A stretch of DNA of 64,000 nt from contig OZ037833.1 in the NCBI GenBank assembly GCA_964035575.1, positions 2,418,001 to 2,482,000 on the forward strand, in the 5' to 3' direction. The translations under genes were made by a program, and so were the position numbers. This document shows positions 12,423-23,874 of this stretch, piece by piece. Within the stretch, counting starts at the first letter, position 1. Each line of letters opens with the position of its first letter. The notes under the pieces were generated by a model. It did no database searches. It was not told the DNA's origin and saw only the letters and a program-made list of their open reading frames with translations. The stretch is from Rhynchopus sp. YZ270_cl-10. Taxonomy: Eukaryota.

Positions 12423-14424
12423 ATGCTTCGTGGTGTGTGCTCCGCTATGCAGCGTCGGGCTGCGTCGAACTACGTGGTGCCTGGGGTGACCCCTGACGCG
12501 AGGAGAGCGAGTCTGAAGCAGAAGATTAAGGACCAAGGCTTTGTGCGCGCAATGGAAGCGCACAGCGGTCTGTCCGGTGTTATTGTGGAGCACGCACGGG
12601 GCGCAAACGGCGAGCGTTTCGACGCAACCTGGAGCAGCTCCTTGACAAGCAGCACAACATGCGGGAAGCCCGACATCGAGACCGTCGATACCACCGCACG
12701 TCTCCGCATTTGCGACGAAGTGCTCGACGTCACCTCCCTCCCAATGATCTACGATGGTGACACCGGAGGCCACGCTGAGATCTTCCACTTCACCGTGAAG
12801 AGCCTTGAGCGTCTCGGAGTCTCTATGTGCATTATTGAGGACAAAAGCGGGCTCAAGCAAAACTCTCTCTTCGGAACCGAGCGTGCCCAGCAGCTGACCC
12901 CTATCGATGAGTTTTCGGAGAAGATTGCGCGTGGTAAGGCGGCGCAGGTGACAGATGACTTCATGATCATTGCACGTCTTGAGGCGCTCATCGCTGACCT
13001 CGGTCACGAAGAAGCCATCAAGCGCGCAAAGGCCTTCATCGATGCTGGTGCCGACGGAGTTATGATTCACTCCAAGAAGTCCGACGGAGCAGAGATCATG
13101 AAGTTCCTTGATGAGTACAACACCTTCCGTGGGGACAAGATGGCCGTTGTTGTGCCAACTACCGTATGTTCATTTTTGATTATTTTTTTTGGCTATTGTT
13201 CGAGGGTCCATAGAGTATGTTACACACACACAATGAAACAGTACAACACCTTCACGGAGAAGGAGCTCCACGAGGCTGGAGCGCAGGTTATCATCCACGC
13301 GAACCAGCTGATCAGAACCGCGTACCCTGCGATGATGGGCTGTGCAGAGTCGGTATGTTCCCTTTCGCATGAAACAAAAAAATGATGCGGGTCGAGATGT
13401 TTGTGTCAATGTCTTGTAAGTGGATCAATGTGAACACCGCAGTCATAATAGTGTAGTGTAATTGTCGAAGAGTCCAACAATTTCTTCTGGCGTGGGAACT
13501 TGAAAGAGTAACTTCAGTTTTTCTTTGTGTTTTTGACTTAGTAGAGAGTCAACGTTGTCAGATTGTCCTTGTGTCACAACAACTGTCGGGTTGCTCAGCC
13601 CGTACGTGTCATCTTCGTCGCCAACATCCGAAGCAATTTTCCTCTCCAGCCTTCGCATGGTGCCTTCAAGGGACGTCACCGTACCTGAAGTTCGACAGCT
13701 CACTCAAACAAATAAACATGAGTCCGTCCACGACGGGGTAATTCGCCAGTTCAGCCATTTCCCGGATCACGTCCCGCATTTGGCTCCCTTCGGAGTTCCC
13801 CCCGCTCAGGTCGTACCTAAGGTGTCGGCACACACTGTCGAAGACACCGCTGGTCTGGGGTTGCATGACATCGCGCAAACACTCAGCCATACCCTTGAGG
13901 TCGTGCAGGGGGGGGCTGACGAAGTGAGCGTTTGGGGCTACTCCTGCGAGGAAAGAAGGAAAGCCGGCATCCGACATCTCTTGCAAGGAGAGGTGGGGAA
14001 AGCGGTGCGTCATGAGCAGCCACTGCGACCTTGGGATGGCGCACATGGTACATTTTGGGGACTATTTGTTTCTACAGTTTGCCACCTAAAGCAACAGCAA
14101 CAACAATAATAGCCCTCGGGCAATATTGAGTCCAGCTCCTAGCAGGTAATTGTCGACACAAAAAAATGCGGTTTTTTGTACCTTCATTTACAAAATGAGA
14201 ACTGTCTTGTCTATAACCAAAGTTTGGCTGGGACGGTACATCATGTACATTGCAAGGTGTCCCCTTAGGTAAGCTCAGTGAGAAGAGAAATTTCATTAAA
14301 AACTGATCAAAAATACATCATAATTCTACAGATTCTGACCCACTCGCGTAGCAAGGAAGCCGACAGCAACTGCCTCTCGGTCAAGCAGATCCTCAACCTG
14401 ATCGACGATGGTGCCCGCAAGTAA
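12423..14424 (+). CDS. pepM: Phosphoenolpyruvate mutase (PEP phosphomutase), 3 exons: 12423-13163, 13242-13352, 14332-14424 (314 aa)
   Basis: EDKSGLKQNS matches the PepM EDK-x5-NS signature; MEAH, DGDTGG and IIARLEALI also present. Removing two phase-0 GTATGT...CAG introns restores VVVPTT|YNT and AES|ILTHSRSKEADSNCLSVKQILNLI, the usual PepM C-terminus. Confidence 0.93.
13164..13241 (+). other. Spliceosomal intron 1 of pepM (78 nt, in frame, no stop)
   Basis: Donor gtatgttc, acceptor aaacag; read-through inserts non-homologous VCSFLIIFFG... into the conserved VPTTY motif. Confidence 0.85.
13353..14331 (+). other. Spliceosomal intron 2 of pepM (979 nt)
   Basis: Donor gtatgttc, acceptor tctacag; the downstream exon supplies the missing C-terminal helix. 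Confidence 0.85.
13443..14046 (-). pseudogene. Coding-like antisense insert inside pepM intron 2 (two overlapping minus-strand ORFs, apparent frameshift)
   Basis: GC-balanced, homopolymer-poor block; ORFs 14046-13666 (126 aa) and 13703-13443 (86 aa) overlap in different frames; no family recognised. Confidence 0.4.
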
Positions 14425-15543
14425 GCATCATGTTGAACTACGGCAAGAAGGAAAAAAAATACGATTTGACAACATTTGTGTGGTTTTGTTTAAAAAAAAT
14501 CTTTATCGTTGTATTATTTGAAAAGGGATGTGTGTGTTGTGCCCTCCTATCTTTCTACTACGTTGTGCAAAGCGCCGAGAGCATTTCCTGTGTGACAAAA
14601 AAAAAAAGTTAAAATTTGTCCACACAGGGTTTTATTCTCCGTTTGCCAATTGAACTCCCCCCCCTTTTGCTGTACTTCCCTTAGTGGTCAATCGTTGAAA
14701 GCAAGAAATGTGCACTGCAACATTGCGAAAAACCTGCCTCTTTGGTGGCTGATTGTCGAATACAATAAAAAAACGTTTTTTTTTTTTTCCCCGTTCATTA
14801 TCTTCATTTTTTTCTTTGATTTGATGCCGGTACTGCAGTACCTTAGCATTTTTTTTATGCAAATGTATTGCAACACACCCTGACCCAAACTACTTCGAAA
14901 ATCTTGAGGAGTTGTAAGAAGGCCTAGGCAAATTATCTTTGTTCAAGAAAAAATTTAAAATGACACCACAAGATGGAGGGTTAGCCTCTCTTGGCTGGAT
15001 CACGCAATAACAAAAAGTTAGTTTGTATTACTGGAATGCCCCCCGTTTTGGGTGTGTACACTAATACAACCAAGTTTTCAAAAAAAAAAAACGTCGTTTG
15101 CTTCTCATTCCCGAATATATTTATAGTGCATCCATTGAAATGTACTAAAAAAATAGTCCCATAGAGTGTTCAGAAAACCATCATTGGCTGGTGTTGCGTC
15201 GTAATTCTCCTTGAAGCCTGTCTTAAGAGTCTTGCGTCCTGCACAAAGAGCCTCATGTTTTCTTGAGTCCACCACCCCTAAACACAACCCACTACCTTTT
15301 TAAAAAAGTACTCTCATAAAGGCCAAACGAACGGGGAACAAGCAAAACCTTCGAAACTCCCCTCCCCTTTGTTTTCCCCCCCTTGAAGCCTTACTCCACT
15401 ATCACTATACCTTCTCTGGAAGGTTCTTCGACCGGCATTTGCATCTTGCAGTCTTTTGCGTGATTCGCACTTCATTGGCAGATTTTTTGACCGATATACT
15501 CGTAACTAACTCAAATCAAAGGGGAAAAAAATATACATTCAAA

Positions 15544-17136
15544 ATGGGTGACGAAGTGAAAGTCGAGAAGTACACCTGCGATGTGTGTGAGGTGGAGGTG
15601 GAGGTGAGTGAGAAGGAGAAGCACGAGGCGAGTGCAAAGCACATTACTGCGTTGGAGAGCTATGATGTGATTGATGTATCGGCTGTGGTGAGCACGGAGG
15701 CGCCAGAGTGGTTCAAGGGGCCGCGGGGGCGGGGGGGCGCACGCGTTAAAACGAAGAAGGTCGAGGAGTCCATCAACACGAGGGAGTACCACTGCGAGGT
15801 GTGCGATATTGCGATGTTCGAGGTGAACAAAGCGCAGCACATCGAAGGACGCCGCCACAAGGCCAACGCCGCTGCCGCAGCCTCAGCAGGATGTGAGGTG
15901 TACCACTGCCCCCTCTGCTCCAAGACAATGGCACTTAACGAAAAGGCGCGTCACAAAGAAAGCAGACTGCACCTGCAGAACGCAGCCACCGAGGCGAACC
16001 TGATGTGGAACTGCAAGGTCTGCGGCGTGGTCATGCCCATGGGCAACAAAGACGCGCATGAGAAGGGAATGATCCACCTCTCCCGTGCAAACCCAACCAA
16101 GGCGATAGAGAAGCAGAAGGAGAAGCGCGCAGAGCAAAGACTGCGGCGGGACGAGCGTATCACCGATGCAGAACATCTCTGCGTCACATGCAACACATGC
16201 CTGGCAGTCAAGGACAAAGCAGAGCACCTCAAGAGCGAGAGACACGAGAAGCCGCATGAGACGCAGTTCTACTGCGAGTTCTGCAGACGCTCCATGAACA
16301 CAGACCAGCGTTCCGAGCATTTGACAAGCTGGAAGCACAAACAGCAGGTCGAGACACGCGCCCTGCCTAAAGAGTCGGGTACATGGAAGTGCGAAGTTTG
16401 CGACCGCACCATGCCCCTTGCCAGCAAAGAAAGCCACAACGTCGGTGCAGCCCACAGGCGGAAGCTCAACCCCGTCCCCCAAGGCCCTGTCAGAAGCCCT
16501 TCGGAGAAGCGCCGCCAGAACGCAAGTAGGATGGCGCATAAGGGCAAGCACCCCAACGGCAAGCGTGCGGTCCCTGTGCGCGACGTACGCAAGGTGTACT
16601 GGAACACCGTCGACATCCCGGTGACTGCATACATCAACTCAGGCGAGGCGCGCACCATTGACGACATGGTGACACCTGATGGAGTGGGGCGTGCTAAGGA
16701 GCACTACAGAAGCGGGAAACCACCTGTGAACAAGGGGTCGGGACGGTACTCACAGTCGTCTTCGCAACAACAGCAACAACAGCAACCACAACACCAACCC
16801 CAGCAGCAACAACAGCAGCACAGGCAGCAGTACAACTCTGGAGGCGGCTACTCCTCCTCTGTGCCCCAGAGGCATGTGTCGCAGCAGCAGGCACAGCACC
16901 AGACATACCAGGTGCAGCAGTCGCAGCAGGACTTCGGGCGCAACAGAGGCCAAGCCGCAAACAACACCCTCAACGACGCGCTCCTGAGGAACAGCAACGT
17001 CTCCTCCCAAGGCTCCGCACAGCGCATCCTCGCAGACCAGGCCCGCGTAACTCTCCAGCCACAGTTTGTTGCACCCCTCGGATCCAACATGGTGGTCCAA
17101 AGCATGGGGAACATGGGGCAGTACTACCAGTCATAA
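15544..17136 (+). CDS. Multi zinc-finger protein (7x C-x2-C-x11-H-x5-H, matrin/U1C-like) with Q-rich tail; likely RNA binding
   Basis: Seven repeats such as YHCEVCDIAMFEVNKAQHIEGRRH; first ATG in AAAATG context at 15544; poly-Q C-terminus. Confidence 0.85.
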   Translation: MGDEVKVEKYTCDVCEVEVEVSEKEKHEASAKHITALESYDVIDVSAVVSTEAPEWFKGPRGRGGARVKTKKVEESINTREYHCEVCDIAMFEVNKAQHIEGRRHKANAAAAASAGCEVYHCPLCSKTMALNEKARHKESRLHLQNAATEANLMWNCKVCGVVMPMGNKDAHEKGMIHLSRANPTKAIEKQKEKRAEQRLRRDERITDAEHLCVTCNTCLAVKDKAEHLKSERHEKPHETQFYCEFCRRSMNTDQRSEHLTSWKHKQQVETRALPKESGTWKCEVCDRTMPLASKESHNVGAAHRRKLNPVPQGPVRSPSEKRRQNASRMAHKGKHPNGKRAVPVRDVRKVYWNTVDIPVTAYINSGEARTIDDMVTPDGVGRAKEHYRSGKPPVNKGSGRYSQSSSQQQQQQQPQHQPQQQQQQHRQQYNSGGGYSSSVPQRHVSQQQAQHQTYQVQQSQQDFGRNRGQAANNTLNDALLRNSNVSSQGSAQRILADQARVTLQPQFVAPLGSNMVVQSMGNMGQYYQS

Positions 17137-17897
17137 AATAAGTTAGGCAGGTTTTTGAGGGGGAAAAAAAATGATGCTGTGTGATGGTGTGGTGGGAGGG
17201 GGGGGGTTCGGTATCTGGCCTTTGTGATGGAACGTTGTGGGTTGAGCAATGCAAAATTCGACCGAGGACACCAAACCTGCCGCTTTGGCGGGTCCTGATG
17301 GACTGCAAACGTTGCCACTTAAAATAAATAATTGTTGTGAGTCATGCAGAGCAGAAGGAAACGGGGTGTGGGAGGGGAAAGGAAGAGGAACTGATATGTG
17401 CCAGGGAGTCTCTTTAATAGCAAAACTTTGAGCACCAAATATATGCGACTAATGGGTACCTAGGATAAAAGAAAGATTCGAATACAAACGACAATTCCCC
17501 TCTTTATTAGGGTCAGACCAAGGGGTTAGCTATGCCTTGCCACACTCACGGGGGGATGATGTGACGTCTGTATTTCCCCCAGTTGTCTGGAGGGGTATGC
17601 GGGACTATTCTGTACTGTCCTCAGGGAGGCCAACGTCCCTGCCCCTACTAATTGCAAGTTCAACCCTGGCTAGGGTATATAAATGCACGACAGAAATTTG
17701 TTTTTTGAAATTTGGGTTCGTATAACCCGCGGAGAACCAGGTGTCTGCGTCCGCCGATGAACGGTGAGGCGTTTGCGCTTTCAACTTCTCTTATTTTTTT
17801 TATTTTACCCCCCTTCACAGTTTTAGTTTCGCTGTGTTACACACTCCTTCTATTACTCAAATACCCCTCTCCTTCTCCCGTAACAAAAAGAAAAACG

Positions 17898-18017
17898 CAC
17901 GGGTTGGGAAAAGACTTTATATAATTCCGGATTTTGGGGGGGGAAAGGGAAAAAAAAATTCTTGAAAAAAAAGTCTTCACCAAACAAAGTCTTTAAAAAG
18001 ACTTTTCCCAACCCGTG
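17898..18017. mobile_element. MITE-like element, TIR CACGGGTTGGGAAAAG
   Basis: cacgggttgggaaaag ... cttttcccaacccgtg. Confidence 0.65.
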
Positions 18018-18645
18018 GAAAAAAGAAAACCTAATATTTCAAAAAAAAAAAAAAAAGAAAAAAACCTTCCGTAGTACAAAGGCCTCGGCCGATATTGAGT
18101 ACAGATCTTTTTTTCCAGTAGGTGTAAAGTGATTGTCGATACAACAAAAAAGGACAAAAAAAAAGGGTAGTAATTCGCAAAATTTCAATGAATGACGTAC
18201 ACACAAAAAAAAACACAGTGGAGCTTGCACAGGTGGCAACTACACTGTTCCAACAATTCTTCACAAAAAAAAGCAAAACCAAAAAAAAAAAAAAAAAAAA
18301 CAACAACACAACAACAACAACAACAAAGAAAACAACGTGGGTGGGGTTCTTAAAAGCTTCAAAAATACTGATTCCCTATTTTCCCCCCACATGGTACGAT
18401 AGCCTTCTCATAAGCCCTTAGGGGGATCATTTTTTTTTTCTCATCACCATTTTGTGGGAAAGTTTGGGTACATTTAGTGCACCCTATTATACCTTCTATT
18501 CAGTAGAATAGTTAGTATATGAAACAAAATCGCCATTTTTGGGGGGTGTATTTCAAGCCATTTGTTAAACATTTTTTCACCTCTTCTTCTGCACATCCTC
18601 ACCACCCTCACACCAGGTAGAAAGTCTACCCCCCCTAAAGGCATC

Positions 18646-19983
18646 ATGGCACCACCTAGGAAACGAATCGGTACAAGCACGAAGTTCTTCGCCATCTTGG
18701 TGCCGACTGCGGTGACACTGCTGTGGGTGGTTATTCTGCAGCGCCGTGTGTCCTCGGAGGGCATCCACAATGTGCATCGTATGAAGGACAGCCTTCAGCA
18801 GCAGTACCGCAGCGACCACGTGGCCGACTACCAGGACCACCACGTGGAGGAGGACCTCAACTCTGGTGAAAACGGACACTCCATACCGACCATCTTCATT
18901 GCTATAGCATCCTACCGTGATGTGGATGCGAAGGACACAGTTCGATCGATTTATTCTAAGGCACGCCATCCAGAACGCGTCTTTCTCGGTTTGGTCTGTC
19001 AACGTGATTACACAATTGAAGTGCCCGCAAACGAAGAATGCATTCCCGAAGAATATCTCGAATGTGACGGACAAGGTTTCTGCCCGCTGTCAAACATCAT
19101 TTTGAAGGAGATGCAGCACAAAGAGGCGAAGGGGCCGACCTATGCTCGACACCTTGCATCGAAGATGTATACTTCTGAAGATTATTTTATGATGATTGAT
19201 TCGCATAATTTGTTTGTCAAGCATTGGGATGAGATTATCATTAAGGAGCACCATGCATGCTCGAAGATATCCGAAAAATGCGTTCTCTCCGTCTACCCGA
19301 TGGGTCTGGACCGCCCCCTCAAGCAACCCTTGGAACACCGCTCCCAGGTAGCATACCTTTGCTCAAACTCAAACTGGGATGAAGGCGGCTTCCCTGGCCC
19401 CTTCCGCGGCGGTGTTTACGCTGCGGTGAGCGAGCCACGCCCCCAACCCTACGTTGGCTCGGGGTTGATCTTTGGACCAGGGAGGATGATTACTGACGTG
19501 CCTTTGGACCCTCATTTGCCGTTCCTATTCCACGGAGAAGAGATTCTTCTGACCACCAGGCTGTGGACATCTGGGTACGACTTCTTTTCGCCTGGAAACA
19601 ATGTGTTGTTCCATCATTACTACCGCCCTGGGAGGCCGAGGATGGAGACAGCGAGTGTCGCGTGGTATGCTATGCAGTCGCACTCCACAAAGCGTGTACA
19701 GTACATTCTGGGGTTGAAGAACCCTGCCAACGAGTCGCAGCCGCTGGTGGATTTCGCAACGTTGCCATACCAGGTGACCGATGAGGTGGCGACGTACGGT
19801 ATGGGCACCGTACGGTCCTTGAAACGTTACTGGGCCTTCTCGCGGATCGACATCAATAAGCGTGATCATACAGAGGCCAACGACTATTGGTGCGATAAGT
19901 ACCGTGGTGCGCCGCCGTACTCCACAGAGTGGAAGATCGCTGCAGGATACAAGCCTGACGGATCCAGCTCTGATGGCGAATGA
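18646..19983 (+). CDS. GT60 family polypeptide/Skp1-type alpha-GlcNAc transferase, type II membrane protein
   Basis: TIFIAIASYRD, GPTYARHLA, MMIDSH, LFHGEEILLTTRLWTSGYDFFSP motifs; N-terminal signal anchor FFAILVPTAVTLLWVVIL. Confidence 0.88.
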   Translation: MAPPRKRIGTSTKFFAILVPTAVTLLWVVILQRRVSSEGIHNVHRMKDSLQQQYRSDHVADYQDHHVEEDLNSGENGHSIPTIFIAIASYRDVDAKDTVRSIYSKARHPERVFLGLVCQRDYTIEVPANEECIPEEYLECDGQGFCPLSNIILKEMQHKEAKGPTYARHLASKMYTSEDYFMMIDSHNLFVKHWDEIIIKEHHACSKISEKCVLSVYPMGLDRPLKQPLEHRSQVAYLCSNSNWDEGGFPGPFRGGVYAAVSEPRPQPYVGSGLIFGPGRMITDVPLDPHLPFLFHGEEILLTTRLWTSGYDFFSPGNNVLFHHYYRPGRPRMETASVAWYAMQSHSTKRVQYILGLKNPANESQPLVDFATLPYQVTDEVATYGMGTVRSLKRYWAFSRIDINKRDHTEANDYWCDKYRGAPPYSTEWKIAAGYKPDGSSSDGE

Positions 19984-20999
19984 TTGAAGGCAGTGTAGAT
20001 GTCCAGGGGGGGTGTTGAAGTGTTTTCTGGGATTCATTGGTATGGAATGGTGAGGTGGCTGGGGCGTGGGGGTCGGAATCATATGTTGCCGTGTTCCAGC
20101 ATTGTGCAGGAATTCACCTAAACCATTGAGCTTAGGTTCATCTTAACTATAGGATGGGGTTCGATATTCCTGGGTACCCTTCGTTGCGTTGCGTTGAATT
20201 GATTTTCTATTGATTTTTCCAGAGGGAAGGGGGGGTTCAAATCTTACAAAAAAAAACTTTCAAAGATGTGAGAGGTATATCTTTTCTTTTTGTGATGTGC
20301 ACGATCATGCACATCTTCAATTTTTTCTTCTTTTTGCTTTTCGGAGTGGGTTCGGGGGGTGTGTGCGTGAAGTTTCGTCAGGGATGGGGTGGGGGGAGGA
20401 GGGGAAGGGGGGTTTAGTAATTGATGATGTCCCCCCACATTTGGAAAAAGTGCGGCAGTTTGTAACACCATCCTTTTTAGACAGTATCGTTTCTTTCAAA
20501 TGTGACTAAGCAGAGAGGCTTAGGTGCATCTCTACAGCGTTTCTCTTTCTCTTGAGACTGTGTGTGTGTGTGACACGCTTTGCACAAAGTATTTTTATTG
20601 TTTTGTATTGTCTACGTACTCGCGTTTGCATCGTCAATTTTTTGGGGTCGAGGTGACTGAGAGGCTTAGGTTCCCCTTAACCATTTTTTTTCCGATGCCA
20701 GCGTCCGCCGATGAACGGTGAGGCGTTTGCACTTTCAACTTTCTCCTTCTTCCCCCTTTTTTAACGTGCCTGTATCTGCCTCGAGGTGTCCGTACGTTAT
20801 CAAAATTCATCTTTTTTTCAAGGTGCTTGGTGGCTAAGCAAAGTGAGGCTTAGGTTCATACAAACTCTTCCTTTTCTACGCTTTTGTCCGCGTTCGTTAG
20901 ATTTTTTTTTTTATTGCAAGAAATCAGGGTTTCCGCGTTCTTCCGGTGTTTTCGAAGGGGGCGGACGAGTTTTTTTTTCCCCCCAAATTTTTTTTTTTA

Positions 21000-21047
21000 C
21001 TAGTGCTTAACACAATACAGGTCGAGCCCGGCGCGCTTCGCGCCGGG
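21000..21047 (-). mobile_element. Helitron-like 3' terminus (GC hairpin followed by CTAG|T)
   Basis: Minus strand reads cccggcgc-gaagc-gcgccggg ...about 23 nt... CTAG T. Confidence 0.45.
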
Positions 21048-23759
21048 TCGGGGGCCTCCGGCGGAGTTGTCTCGCCTCACGGTCTTTCGTGAGACACAAC
21101 AAGTGAGAAACTCACGTTACGAGATACTCGAAAACAAAGCGTGGCGGAGCGTCTGCATGGCCGCCGGGGTGGGCTTCGTCGATGGCGGCGTCGGGTTGGC
21201 GACCGCGATCTTCCCTTCATCATGCGCTTTGATGAAGAGCGCTTGATCGCTCACAAGGAGATAGCTAGTCCCGGTCGGGAGCTTCAAGCCCCGGAGCTTG
21301 GCTGCTCCAGGCAGACCTGCCACTCCACGCGCTGTAATCGAAGCGCTTCTTCGTAGTAGGGGGGTCGCTCATACTGCCAAATAGCGTCATCTGGCGAAAT
21401 CACCAAACATAAATTTATATTTAACTTTTCAACCATGCCGGCTAAAAGCCTTCCGCAAAGAAAGGACTCCAGTAGGGAGTGGGGTAGGTGGGGGACAGGG
21501 GATGCCAGGGGAATGATAGAGGGGGATACCATAAGTGCGGCCGCAGATCTGCGCGACGCCAAAGAGGGGAGGCCTTTACTTTTCTATACGGGGTGGGGTG
21601 CGTCCCCTGCGGGGCCGCACCCCACCTCGTCCACTTTACAATGCACCCCGGGCCCTCTCCCCACCCATTTTTCCCACTCCCCGGATGAACTTCGTCCGGA
21701 CGAACTTCGTCCGGCAGTTTTTTTTTTTTTTTTTCCTACCGGACGAACTTCGTCCGATTTTTGGGTCGCGGAAACACTGCAAGAAATAAAGCAGGGTAGT
21801 AGCTTGAAAGGTGCACTTTTCAAATGTTGCTGGTTTGCTGGTTTAGAAAAAAAAATTTCCCCAGTTGAAAGCGGTCGTCGCGCGCTTCGCGCGCGCCTCC
21901 CTGACAGCCAGAGTGGAGAGGTACAGGGTAAGGTTTGCGAGACAAAGAAAACGGGATATAATCCTTTGTTAACGGAGCTTGGTCTTGCACCTTACGTTCC
22001 ACTAACCGTATAAAATCAATACGTCTTCCAGAAGCAGGGGCTGTTGCAACGGTGGGTCATTTTGAAAAAACGGTCAACTTTTTGCAGCTTTGGCCAAGTT
22101 GCATTTTGAGACATTGTAAACTCTATTTTTTTGCGGAGCAAAAAAATAATATCAAGTGGCGCCGCAGGCGAAAAAAAATTAGGGTATGGTGCAAAAAATG
22201 TAGCTTTTTACACCACAGAGTCACTCAATGCACCCTTTTTAGGGGTTCGCTTACGTGGGAGGCTTTCTTCTGTGAGGAAAGTGGTGCAGGGGGGATGCGA
22301 AAAACTGAATCCCGAATCCCACTTTTTTTTTTTTATTTTTCCCCAAACCAGTAAACCAGCTCGTTCTGGTTTTGAAACCAGCAAAAGTACCCAAGCTATT
22401 TCCCTGAATAAAGGATGGTGTGATTCAGGGGGTACGGACAACCCATGGACAACCCACGGAAGAACCACGGAGAATCCGTTTGGGTGATCACACCAAAGAA
22501 GGTATTTCTTTATTGCTCTGGAGGATATAGCTATTTTTTTTTTTTTTTGTGCGTCCCTTGTGCGTCTGGAAGAGTCTGTAATGGTGTCCCCTTATTCCGC
22601 ACGCTTGCTGGATATGCTGTTAAAATAGCATACAAAGAAGTGAAGGAGAAGGCAAGGATACCCAAAACGAAACACACATTTTTATCAGAACAAAAAGTAA
22701 AAAAAAAGAAAACAAAAAAAAATCTCAAAGTGTCATCTCTGCCTGAGGTGACAGCTTCAACCCATTTGACGAAAACGATTTTGCCCCACTTTTTTGGATC
22801 AGTCTTTTTTTTTGATCACTACTTGATTTTCCCAACAAAAGATGTGCACGCGAAAAAAAAGCAAAAACTGACAAAAAAATGCACTATATTTCTCTCCTTC
22901 CACATACCAAGTTGTGTTTACGATTGCTTTTTTTTTCTCTCTTTTTTGACTGCCAAAGTGGGGAAGGGGGGTGGAGGGGGGTGAAGGGGAAGAAAGAAAA
23001 CAATACAAAGCAAAGCAAAATTTCAGGGGGGGAAACCATTTCTTTTTTTTTCTCTATTTTTTTCACTATCAACTTCATTTTTTTGATGATACACTATCAC
23101 ACGAGAGGGCTTATCATCTTGCAAAGCTCTTCTCTTCTTTGATGGTACCCATCCTCGCTCGATATGACTTATTTTAAAAAAATCAGAACGTTGAAGACTT
23201 GAAGACAGTACCCGCATCTGGTCTAGCTTGTCCTCTTGCACGACTTGACTTGGTTTCACTGTTGCAATCCAACGCATTTTTGTCAGTGCTCACGTCCTAG
23301 AGATGTTTGTACTTATCAACTTCACCATTTTCTTCACCGTCGTGTGTTGTTGCCGCAACGTAGAGGTGAGTGCACCACGTACCACGGTGTGTGAAGCTGC
23401 TGGGCAGTCGTGCTATGGCTCAACTGACAAAGTGGACGACTGCAACGATCCATAAAAGCCACGTAATAGCTTCATATTGTGGTGTACGGTATGGTGCGTT
23501 AGGCGCTGTCAGCTTCTCTTCAGATTATGAATTCACCCCCATGCACGGGTGTATTCTATTGTCCAACTTTAGTTTGAGATGATGCCAAAAATGGCATCCA
23601 TCCTTCAACTTTTTTTTAGATTTTTTTTCTTTTTTTTTTGAAACAAACAAAAACTCATCAAATTACGTTTCTTTTGGACCTTCAATTTTCGGAGTTCAAA
23701 TACCAAATGGAATATTAGTGTGTCCCAGAAGCTAGAAGCGTTTTTTTTTTTTTTTGCAC

Positions 23760-23874
23760 GGGGGGCGGGGTTTCACAACGTTTCACAACTTTTTACAACT
23801 ATGTACCCACACTGTTGTGAAAGGTTGTGGATAGGATTGGAGTTTTGCAAAATTTTGTGAAACCCCGTCCCCCC
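23760..23874. mobile_element. MITE-like element with subterminal TCACAA repeats
   Basis: ggggggcggggtttcacaa ... ttgtgaaaccccgtcccccc. Confidence 0.65.
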
